Source of the DNA: Elusimicrobia bacterium UBA6262
GTDB lineage: Bacteria; CAYTYR01; UBA6262
Direction: 5' to 3'
Assembly (NCBI GenBank): GCA_002441095.1
Contig: DJVG01000038.1
Location: forward strand, 5,222-69,221
Length of the DNA: 64,000 nucleotides
Shown here: in pieces, positions 9,319-17,543 of the stretch
How positions within the stretch are numbered: the first letter of the stretch is position 1
Layout of the letters: each line of letters begins with the position of its first letter
The notes under the pieces: generated by a model
Databases searched by the model: none
Seen by the model: the letters and a program-made list of their open reading frames with translations, nothing else
What the model was told of the DNA's origin: nothing
Translations under genes and position numbers: made by a program

Positions 9319-10002
9319 ATGAGAAAAGTAATTCTCATCAGTATTTCAGTGTTAGCAGTGATGGCAGCCAGTTTTTCGGCGATCACTGTGTTTTCGCAAG
9401 GCAAGATTTTCAATGTGCAGGTACCGGTTATTAATGCTGCGCCTATTGGAAAATCCATCAATCCTGATGGGGGGAAGACCGGATTCAAGTCATTCCCTAT
9501 TTACACGGACAAGAATTCCCCGGATAACCATTATGCGCCAAGCGGCTGGATGGGTGATTACGGGGATATGCGCCTGACTGACCGGTGGAGCCAGAATCCG
9601 CACAGCGGCACAACCTGTATCCAATGGAAGTATGTGCCGAGAGGCAGCCAGGGAGCTAACTGGGCCGGGTGTTTCTGGCAGAATCCCGCGAATAACTGGG
9701 GTTCAAAAAAGGGCGGCTATAACCTGACCGGAGCCAAGAAGCTGGTATTCTGGGCCCGCGGCGAAAAAGGCGCGGAAAGACTGGCTGAAGTGGGAGTCGG
9801 CGGCATCGACGGGGAATACTCTGACAGCGACAAGATCAGCATCGGTCCTATTGACCTGACTAAGGAATGGAAAAAGTTCGAGATCGACCTGACCGGAGCG
9901 GATATGAGCTACATTAGCGGCGGTTTTTTCTGGGCAGCCAGCGGTGACGATGTCCCTGAAGAAGGGGTCACGTTCTATCTGGATGATATCAGGTTTGAGT
10001 AA
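9319..10002 (+). CDS. Secreted stand-alone CBM-like protein, paralogue 2
   Basis: Same domain; about 70% identical to paralogue 1 over about 170 aa without gaps (manual count). Confidence 0.75.
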   Translation: MRKVILISISVLAVMAASFSAITVFSQGKIFNVQVPVINAAPIGKSINPDGGKTGFKSFPIYTDKNSPDNHYAPSGWMGDYGDMRLTDRWSQNPHSGTTCIQWKYVPRGSQGANWAGCFWQNPANNWGSKKGGYNLTGAKKLVFWARGEKGAERLAEVGVGGIDGEYSDSDKISIGPIDLTKEWKKFEIDLTGADMSYISGGFFWAASGDDVPEEGVTFYLDDIRFE

Positions 10003-10034
10003 GTCATATTTATAGATATGGAGGTGTATAAGCA

Positions 10035-10805
10035 ATGAAACTGCGTAAAATAATGATCTGTTTAATGGTCCTGCTGATGGGCGTAGTCATCTTGTCCACA
10101 GCCTCAATTGTGATCGGGGCAGTAATCGAGGATGAGGATGCGGCACCGGTAAAAAAGGCAGCGAAAACTAAAGTAACCCAAAAGAAAGCAGCTGTTGAAG
10201 CAGCTGTTGAGCCGGAGATAGAAGCAGAGGCGGCGAGTGAAAGCCCGTCTGCTCCTGGAGAGAAACCTTCCCGTACGAAGAAAGTCACTGCCTATCCTTT
10301 CTATGTTTACGAGAATGGGGCATCCAAACTCAATCACTTCTATCCGAGCGGCTGGATGGGTGATTACGGTGACTTGAGAGTGAATGTGAAAGAAATGGTC
10401 AATCCGCATTCAGCGCCAAGCTGCGTGAAGATCTCTTATACTGCTAAGGGTAAGAACGGCGCAGGCTGGGCTGGCATCTATTGGCAGCAGCCGGCTAATA
10501 ACTGGGGTACAGCTAATGCCGGGTATAATATTACTGGCGCCAAAAAGCTGACCTTCTGGGCGCGCGGCGCCAAAGGCAATGAAGTGATCAATGAGTTCAA
10601 AGTCGGCGGTATCCAGGGCGAATACGCGGATACAGATGTAGCAGGTATCGGCCCGGTGAAACTGACCACTGCCTGGAAAAAGTATGAGATCGACCTGGCT
10701 GGCAAGGACCTCAGCCGCATAGCCGGTGGTTTCTGCTGGGCAACTTCAGCTGACGAAAATCCAGACGGTTTTGAAATTTTCCTGGATGATATCATGTTTG
10801 AGTAA
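10035..10805 (+). CDS. Secreted CBM-like protein with Ala/Glu/Lys linker, paralogue 3
   Basis: Signal peptide, GAVIEDED then low-complexity linker, same domain ending LDDIMFE. Confidence 0.75.
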   Translation: MKLRKIMICLMVLLMGVVILSTASIVIGAVIEDEDAAPVKKAAKTKVTQKKAAVEAAVEPEIEAEAASESPSAPGEKPSRTKKVTAYPFYVYENGASKLNHFYPSGWMGDYGDLRVNVKEMVNPHSAPSCVKISYTAKGKNGAGWAGIYWQQPANNWGTANAGYNITGAKKLTFWARGAKGNEVINEFKVGGIQGEYADTDVAGIGPVKLTTAWKKYEIDLAGKDLSRIAGGFCWATSADENPDGFEIFLDDIMFE

Positions 10806-10861
10806 TGATGACAGAAACCGAAATCTGGAATTTGGCATTTGAAATTTGAAATTGCTTTTTA

Positions 10862-10994
10862 TTACGGGTTTCCCTCTGCTTCTCGAAGGAATGGTAAAAA
10901 TAAGCCGACAATGGTGATTGTTCTATAGTAGATATAGCAACATCCTGTTTTGAGGCAAATATTATGCCGTTCTTCAGAGCAGAGGGACCTGTAA
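10862..10994. ncRNA. Predicted 133-nt rod-like structured element (candidate ncRNA or MITE)
   Basis: Nested complementary arms: 10862-10880 with 10978-10994, 10885-10896 with 10965-10975, 10899-10906 with 10954-10963, and terminal hairpin 10916-10944. Confidence 0.4.
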
Positions 10995-11005
10995 GAACTG
11001 GTTCG

Positions 11006-11053
11006 TAGTTTCAGCCAGAGGCTGATCCGCCTTTGGCGGAGATAGTTGATAGT
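11006..11053. repeat. 48-bp REP-like twin hairpin, copy 1
   Basis: tagtttcagccagaggctgatccgcctttggcggagat(a/t)gttgatagt; second copy at 48187-48234 with 1 mismatch. Confidence 0.85.
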
Positions 11054-11076
11054 AAAAGCAAAAAAATGAGGTACTT

Positions 11077-11841
11077 GTGAAAAAGTACTGTGTGTTCATA
11101 CTTATAGGAATACTCTGCTTTGGCAGCTCAGGTTTGACTGGGGCGGTGATCGAGGAAGATGAAACGCTATTGCCGGAGCTGTCTGATATTATTGAAGACC
11201 AGGATCCTGAAGAAGCGGAAATAAAGGTAAAACCAAAAGCAAAAAGAAAACCAAAAGCAAAATTGAAAGAAGAAGCAGCAGCAGTAGCAGAAACAGAGGT
11301 AGGGAGCAAACCTGAAGCCCCGGTATTTAAGGGGTTTTTAGTATATGAAGACAAGACCACCGGCGGCAATCATTATGCCCCCAGCGGCTGGATGGGCGAT
11401 TATACTGACCTGAAATTGGATTATGGCTATAAGAAGAAACCGCATCAAGGATTAACCTGCATCAGGATAGAATATAATGTCAGGGAATCACAGCGGGCCG
11501 GCTGGGCCGGAATGTTCTGGCAAAATCCCTCAGGCAACTGGGGTGAAAAAAAAGGCGGCTATAATTTGACCGGCGCGGCCAAGCTCACTTTTTGGGCGCG
11601 CGGCGAAAAAGGTAATGAAAAGATCAAAAAGTTCAAGGTAGGCGGTATCAGCGGGACATATCCGGATTCCTGTTCCGTGGATTTTGGACCGGTAGTATTA
11701 GGAAAAAAATGGCGTAAGTACACTATTAACTTGAAAAATAGGGACCTGTCATATATAAACGGCGGTTTTTGCTGGGTAGCTGTCGCTGGCGACAATCCGT
11801 CTGGGATCGTGTTCTACCTGGATGATATTAAATACGAATAA
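11077..11841 (+). CDS. Secreted CBM-like protein with charged linker, paralogue 4
   Basis: GTG start after gagg; signal peptide, GAVIEEDE, Lys/Glu linker, same domain ending LDDIKYE. Confidence 0.75.
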   Translation: MKKYCVFILIGILCFGSSGLTGAVIEEDETLLPELSDIIEDQDPEEAEIKVKPKAKRKPKAKLKEEAAAVAETEVGSKPEAPVFKGFLVYEDKTTGGNHYAPSGWMGDYTDLKLDYGYKKKPHQGLTCIRIEYNVRESQRAGWAGMFWQNPSGNWGEKKGGYNLTGAAKLTFWARGEKGNEKIKKFKVGGISGTYPDSCSVDFGPVVLGKKWRKYTINLKNRDLSYINGGFCWVAVAGDNPSGIVFYLDDIKYE

Positions 11842-11878
11842 GATACGCACAATCATTAATTTTGTAAGGGAGGGAACA

Positions 11879-13177
11879 ATGAAAGTATCCAGAAAAGCCG
11901 CAGTGTTCATGCTCCTGATCGTCTCTCTATCTTCACTCTTTTTTGCCTGCAGTAAAAAAAGCAAGCTGGACCCGCTGCCATCCGGCCCGGCCATTACCAA
12001 TGTGGACAGTATCCCCAGCTCTACCAGCGCTACGATCACCTGGACCACTGACGTGTCAGCCACTTCTAAGGTATATTATGGCACCACCAACAGTTTTGGC
12101 AGTTCCACCACTGAAACTGCCAGTACCACTAAGAACCATTCTGTCAATATTACCGGCTTGGCTGTTAATACTGACTATTATTATTATGTTGCCAGTAAGG
12201 ATGCTGCCAACAATACTTCCACGGCCGGGGAAGATGGCAGTTATATATTTACGACCACAGCGGCTGGCCCGGTAATTTCCGCGGTCACGGATAGCGCCAG
12301 CAGTACCAGCGCCACTATTACCTGGACCACTGACGTGGCAGCAACGACCCAGGTTTTTTATGGTACCACCACCGGGTTTGGCAGCCAGACCACGGAAATT
12401 GATACAGGTACCAATATGAAAACCTCTCACTCAGTGACCTTGACTAGCTTGAGTACCGGCACTAAATACTATTATTATGTGCGCAGCAGGAATGCTGCCG
12501 GCAATGCCACTACTTTAGGGGATGACGGCACCTTGGATTTCACCACTACCAGTACTACTCCTACGGCAGATATGTATCTCATGATCGATGATATCCAGCT
12601 GACCGGGACCACGGGGACTACATTTGATATTTATACTGATGATTTTGGTGCTGTTTTCACCGGAGGCACAAATAATTTAGCTTATATGGGCTCAGCCGCA
12701 GACGGCAGTGCGCCGAATATCAGCGGTGATTCTGAAGCTACCTATACCGGGGATAAACATGCTGGTACAGCTTGTTGGCGTATTCCCATGACCGTCGGGA
12801 CATCCTTAAGTTGGGATGGGATATATGTCTTAGCCACCGGCCTATGGAGAAACCAAATTCCCTCTGACCCCGGGGCTGACCTGTCTGGTCCTACCGGCAC
12901 GGTAACGCTGAGCTGCTATGCCAAAGTTTCCGGCATTACCCAAACCAAGCTTAAGATAGGCATCGGGGACGACAGCGCCTGGACTGATCCTCTAAATATT
13001 GAAAGTTTCGGGACAGTTGGCAACAAGGCTTCATGTAAGAAAGCCAGCGCTATAGGTACTACTATTAGTAATACAACCTGGACCAAGATATCTGTTACTG
13101 TGGGGACAGATCCCGACCTGACAAACATTAATGGCGTATTCTTCTGGTCCATGTCCATGGCTGATGTTACTCCATAA
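11879..13177 (+). CDS. Lipoprotein with two Fn3/purple-acid-phosphatase-N-like repeats and a divergent CBM-like domain
   Basis: ATG 11879 after agggaggg; lipobox FFA-C; two repeats SATITWTTDV.AT..V.YGTT..FG...H.V.(I/L)T.L...T.YYYYV.S.(D/N)AA.N; Thr-rich linkers. Confidence 0.75.
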   Translation: MKVSRKAAVFMLLIVSLSSLFFACSKKSKLDPLPSGPAITNVDSIPSSTSATITWTTDVSATSKVYYGTTNSFGSSTTETASTTKNHSVNITGLAVNTDYYYYVASKDAANNTSTAGEDGSYIFTTTAAGPVISAVTDSASSTSATITWTTDVAATTQVFYGTTTGFGSQTTEIDTGTNMKTSHSVTLTSLSTGTKYYYYVRSRNAAGNATTLGDDGTLDFTTTSTTPTADMYLMIDDIQLTGTTGTTFDIYTDDFGAVFTGGTNNLAYMGSAADGSAPNISGDSEATYTGDKHAGTACWRIPMTVGTSLSWDGIYVLATGLWRNQIPSDPGADLSGPTGTVTLSCYAKVSGITQTKLKIGIGDDSAWTDPLNIESFGTVGNKASCKKASAIGTTISNTTWTKISVTVGTDPDLTNINGVFFWSMSMADVTP

Positions 13178-16100
13178 GAGCAAATACTTAATTGTTCTTT
13201 TTTGCTGTCTAGGCATAACCAGGACAGCCTGGCCGGCAACGGTGGCTATCGGGAAGGGCAGCTATACTACAACGCTGCCCTCTTCTGTACCCAGCAGCAA
13301 ACGCCCGCCGACAGCGCAATATGTCACCAGTAATATTACCGGGCCTGTACCTACAACCAAATGGTATTCATCATTGATCAGTTCTGCGTATTCTTCCTGC
13401 CATTTTGCGTATCCTTTAGCTATGAATGTCACTAATGCGGCAACGTACACTGGCTTGGAGTTTGGCCTGCCGGTCGTGACTGCCCAGGCTGATGGCGTGG
13501 TCGCTCTGCTGGAACAGGACCTGGAAATACGCGGCAATATTGGCGGGCGTTACCTGAAAGCAGACAATGTTAAAGTGGACAGTTACAGTGACTGGACAGT
13601 GTCGCCGTTCTGGCAGGATAACACCAGTACAGAGTATTTCCAGGCCACATATGGCCGCGGCTTACTGTTTATTTACTTAAATTATTCGGCTAACTGTGAT
13701 CCCAGGATCCTGGCAGGAGCTGATTTTGAGCAGGTTTTTGATGAGAATGGTACTGTTGCCGCCGGCACTATCAGCACTGACCATATTGGTGTTAAATATA
13801 AGAATGTATATTACGGCTTGTTTGCGCCGACCGGGTCTACCTTTACTATTACCAATAACCAGGTCAGCGTCGCCCTGCCGGCGGGTTCGAGATATTTTTC
13901 CGTTGGGTTAATGACTAAAAGTGCTGACCTGTCCTACTTTTACCAGCATGCATATGCTTTTGTGACTGATACCCAGGTGTCCTGGGCCTATAATGAAACT
14001 ACCAACGATATAGCCACTACTTTTTCTTTGACTACAGAGTCTAAACAAGGTAATCAGGATACGGCTTTAATTGCCTTGTTGCCGCACCAGTATAAAAATT
14101 CCAGCGAACCGGTTTCCAGCGTCTATACCTACACTACCCTGCTGGGTAAAATGAAATTGCTGGAAGCTAGTACTTTTACGGTGACTAATAAATTTTATGG
14201 TGTTTTGCCTTATTTGCCGGATAAGGGTAGTTATGACAAAACGCACCTGGCAGACTTGTTAGCCAGGGATAAAGATTCCTCGCTGTCCAAGACCGATACT
14301 TATTTTAACGGTAAACAGGTAGCGAAGATAGCTAATTTGATCCCCATCGCTGACCAACTGCAGGATACGGCGACCAGGGACTACCTGGTCAGCCGCCTGA
14401 AGACTGTCCTGGTCAACTGGCTGACCTATTCCTCAGGTGAAACGAACAGGTTTTTCTATTATGATAATATCTGGGGCGGCCTGATCGGTTACGGTGCGGA
14501 ATTTTACGGCTATAATTATACCGACCATCATTTTCATTACGGGTACCTGGTTTATGCTGCGGCTTTATTAAGCCTGTATGACCGCTCTTTCAAAGATGAT
14601 TACGGCCCGATGATAGAATATCTGGTCCGGGATTATGCCAGCTCGAACAGGGATGACACCATGTTCCCGTTCTTGCGTCATTTTGACCCTTACCTGGGAC
14701 ATTCGTATTGTGACGGGTTAGCGCAGTCTGATTATGGCAATAACCAGGAATCTTCATCCGAGGCCATGAATGCCTGGGCCGGCATGATCCTGTGGGGCAT
14801 GGTCACCAATAATGATACTATCCGGGATGCCGGTATTTACGGGTATACCACAGAATACAGCGGTGTTCATGATTATTATTTTGATGTAGATAATGATATC
14901 TTTCCGGCAGAATATGCGCACCGGATCACCGGCATACTGTTTGACGGCAAAATCGAATACACGACCTGGTGGACCGGCGCTGATGAGGCTATCTATGGCA
15001 TCCAGATGATACCCAGTACTGCTTCTATGCTCTACCTGGGATATTATCCGGATTACTGTGAAGACAGCTACGACGCTTTTTTTGCGGACAACGGCGGTTA
15101 TGAGAATTATGATTATTGGTATAATATCCTCTGGCAATTCCAGTGTTTTTATGATCCTGATTTAGCCATCAGCAAGTATAATGAGAATGTTAAGATAGAC
15201 ACTGATGGGGACAGCTTCACTTTTCTCTATCACTGGATCCATAATTTTTTAGAGTTAGGGCAGGTGGATATCAGGGTGCATGCAAATACGCCCTATTATG
15301 CCGTATTTAATAAAGCCGGGACCAGGACTTACCTGGCTTATAATGCCGAAACCGTTATCAAACAAGTTTCTTTCTATGGCCCTGGATATTTGGGCAGTAT
15401 TTATGTAAAACCTGGCAGGATGGCTGCTGCCACGGCTTTTGCCTGCGAGGTGACTGCTGTTACTCCCAGTTCAGCAGCTAATTCAGGCCCAAGCGCTATC
15501 ACCATAGAAGGCGCTGGTTTTCAAAGAGGATTACAGGTTTTCCTGGTCCGGTCAGGGCAGGATGATGTTGCCGCACTCGCGGTAAACTATGTCAGCGCTA
15601 ACAAGATCGCAGCCGAATTTGATTTAACCGGTTTAGCGCCCGGAGATTGGGCTTTGGTGGTAATTAATCCGGGAGGGGATATAGACACGGCCAAGAATAT
15701 GTCGTTTAGTATCACTGGCTATACCCCTACAGTCAGGATGGTTTCACCAAGCCAGGCCAGTAACAAGAACCAGGTCAGGGTCCAGGTTACTGGAACAAAT
15801 TTCTACAACGGGGGTCAAATAAAACTGAGTAGGACCGGCGAGACAGATATTGTGGCTACTGAAAATACCCGCAGTTCAATGACGCAAATTTCCGGTTTGC
15901 TGGATATCCGGAATAAAAAACCGGGCCGGTGGGATGTGGTAGTCACTAACACTGATGATAAGACCGGGACCTATGCCAGCGGCTTTGAAATAACCCAGAG
16001 TGACGCTGTCTATGTTTATCCCAATCCGTGTAAGCTGGCCCAGAACAAAATAGTATATTTTGCCAATATGTCCCACCAGGCGGCAGTAAGTATTTATGAC

Positions 16101-16262
16101 TTAAATGGGGAGCTGGTTTTTTCAGCCAATAATATTTTGGCCAATCCTTACGCCTGGAACCTGAAAAATAATTCAGGGCGGGGGATAGCCAGCGGGATTT
16201 ATATGTATGTGATCCAGGAAGGCGAGACCATAAAAAGAGGCAAGATAGCGTTCATTAAATAA
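13164..16262 (+). CDS. GH81 endo-beta-1,3-glucanase with two IPT/TIG-like Ig domains and C-terminal T9SS/FlgD-type domain
   Basis: GH81 signatures PTTKWYSS, YTDHHFHYGY and NNQESSSEAMNAW. Signal-like N-terminus from ATG 13164. C-terminal VYPNPC...SIYDLNGELV...GIASGIYMY...KIAFIK. Confidence 0.9.
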   Translation: MLLHKSKYLIVLFCCLGITRTAWPATVAIGKGSYTTTLPSSVPSSKRPPTAQYVTSNITGPVPTTKWYSSLISSAYSSCHFAYPLAMNVTNAATYTGLEFGLPVVTAQADGVVALLEQDLEIRGNIGGRYLKADNVKVDSYSDWTVSPFWQDNTSTEYFQATYGRGLLFIYLNYSANCDPRILAGADFEQVFDENGTVAAGTISTDHIGVKYKNVYYGLFAPTGSTFTITNNQVSVALPAGSRYFSVGLMTKSADLSYFYQHAYAFVTDTQVSWAYNETTNDIATTFSLTTESKQGNQDTALIALLPHQYKNSSEPVSSVYTYTTLLGKMKLLEASTFTVTNKFYGVLPYLPDKGSYDKTHLADLLARDKDSSLSKTDTYFNGKQVAKIANLIPIADQLQDTATRDYLVSRLKTVLVNWLTYSSGETNRFFYYDNIWGGLIGYGAEFYGYNYTDHHFHYGYLVYAAALLSLYDRSFKDDYGPMIEYLVRDYASSNRDDTMFPFLRHFDPYLGHSYCDGLAQSDYGNNQESSSEAMNAWAGMILWGMVTNNDTIRDAGIYGYTTEYSGVHDYYFDVDNDIFPAEYAHRITGILFDGKIEYTTWWTGADEAIYGIQMIPSTASMLYLGYYPDYCEDSYDAFFADNGGYENYDYWYNILWQFQCFYDPDLAISKYNENVKIDTDGDSFTFLYHWIHNFLELGQVDIRVHANTPYYAVFNKAGTRTYLAYNAETVIKQVSFYGPGYLGSIYVKPGRMAAATAFACEVTAVTPSSAANSGPSAITIEGAGFQRGLQVFLVRSGQDDVAALAVNYVSANKIAAEFDLTGLAPGDWALVVINPGGDIDTAKNMSFSITGYTPTVRMVSPSQASNKNQVRVQVTGTNFYNGGQIKLSRTGETDIVATENTRSSMTQISGLLDIRNKKPGRWDVVVTNTDDKTGTYASGFEITQSDAVYVYPNPCKLAQNKIVYFANMSHQAAVSIYDLNGELVFSANNILANPYAWNLKNNSGRGIASGIYMYVIQEGETIKRGKIAFIK

Positions 16263-16285
16263 TACCTAAAAAAGAGGGGGATGCA

Positions 16286-17503
16286 TTGAAGAGAGTACCT
16301 GGATTATTGTTTTTGTTGCTGGCCAGTTTATCCCTGGCGGCGGGACTGAATGCCCGGGAACCGCGGGTAAGTATCACCCAGAAAAAAACCGGAGAATATC
16401 AATTACTGGTGGAAGGCAAACCATTTATTGTGCAGGGGGTATGCTATAGCCCTATACCGATCGGGAAGAATTATGAGCATAATTTCTGGGGCGATCCAAG
16501 TAAGCCCTGGATCAATGTGGATGGCCCCATGATGAAGGACCTGGGAGTCAATACGATACGGATATACCAGGAAGGGGAAAGCCCGGCGGAAACCAGGCAG
16601 CTCATCCGGGACCTGTATGAGGAATTCCAGGTACGCACCATTATGACCCATTATCTCGGGTTTTGGTCCTATCCCTCGGCTAACTATGGTGACGAAGATT
16701 TTCAAAAAAGGACGATCAAAGATGTGGAAAGAATGGTTAAAGAGTATAAGGATGAACCGGGAGTCCTGATGTGGTGCCTGGGCAATGAAAATAACTTCTC
16801 TTTCGGGCCGCAAAAAGTAAATCCCTGGACGACTAAAGCGATAGAAGCCTTAGATGATCCTTACAAGAAAAGAATGGCCAAAGCAAAAATATATTACCAG
16901 TTCATTGAAAAAGTAGCTAAAGCCGTTAAGAAGATCGATCCGGACCATCCCATCATGATGGGTAATGGCGATCTGGCTGATGTAGAGATCGCGAAACGCT
17001 ATTGCCCCAATGTTGACGTGCTGGGAGCGACTGTATACCGCGGCAAGTCGTTTGGGAACCTGTTTAAGGAAGTGGAGATCAAATGGGGCAAACCGATAAT
17101 TTTCAGCGAATTTGGCTGTGATTCTTTTGACGCTTTCAAGCAGAAAGAAGACCAGGAAACGCAAGCAGCCTTTATCAGTAACCAATGGACAGAGATCGAA
17201 AAAAATTTACCCGGCAATCCAGCGGGTGTGGGCAACTGCCTGGGTGGCTGTGTGTTTGAGTGGAATGATGAATGGTGGAAAGCAGCTGAAGCAGACTCAT
17301 CCAGCTGGGCAGTCCATGACACTAGCGGGCAATGGTGCCACGGAGCTTACTATTATGATATTAAAGCTCCGGAAGGCATGAATATGAACGAAGAGTGGTG
17401 GGGTATAGTTTCCCTGGACCCGGAACTGGATGAAATGGGCAATAATAAGCGTATACCCAAGAAAGCGTATTATATGTTGCAGGAACTGTGGCTGCAGGAA
17501 TAA
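16286..17503 (+). CDS. Secreted clan GH-A (GH2-like TIM barrel) glycoside hydrolase
   Basis: Signal peptide; VEGKPFIVQGVCY; WCLGNENN; PIIFSEFG; MNEEWWG; no CTD. Confidence 0.85.
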   Translation: MKRVPGLLFLLLASLSLAAGLNAREPRVSITQKKTGEYQLLVEGKPFIVQGVCYSPIPIGKNYEHNFWGDPSKPWINVDGPMMKDLGVNTIRIYQEGESPAETRQLIRDLYEEFQVRTIMTHYLGFWSYPSANYGDEDFQKRTIKDVERMVKEYKDEPGVLMWCLGNENNFSFGPQKVNPWTTKAIEALDDPYKKRMAKAKIYYQFIEKVAKAVKKIDPDHPIMMGNGDLADVEIAKRYCPNVDVLGATVYRGKSFGNLFKEVEIKWGKPIIFSEFGCDSFDAFKQKEDQETQAAFISNQWTEIEKNLPGNPAGVGNCLGGCVFEWNDEWWKAAEADSSSWAVHDTSGQWCHGAYYYDIKAPEGMNMNEEWWGIVSLDPELDEMGNNKRIPKKAYYMLQELWLQE

Positions 17504-17543
17504 AAATCAGGGAACTGATAACCTAACAAAGGAGTGAATAAAA

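Noticed and set aside
10862-10994. Identification of the rod-like element as 6S or SRP RNA
   Set aside because: It is shorter than typical 6S RNA with a small terminal domain, and lacks the SRP helix-8 motif. It is kept only as an unassigned structured element.
11822-11878. Upstream starts in the ORF track (11822, 13131, 4494, 19666, 45946, 49204, 56201, 61384)
   Set aside because: Downstream starts have clear RBSs and give proper signal peptides or family-typical N-termini.
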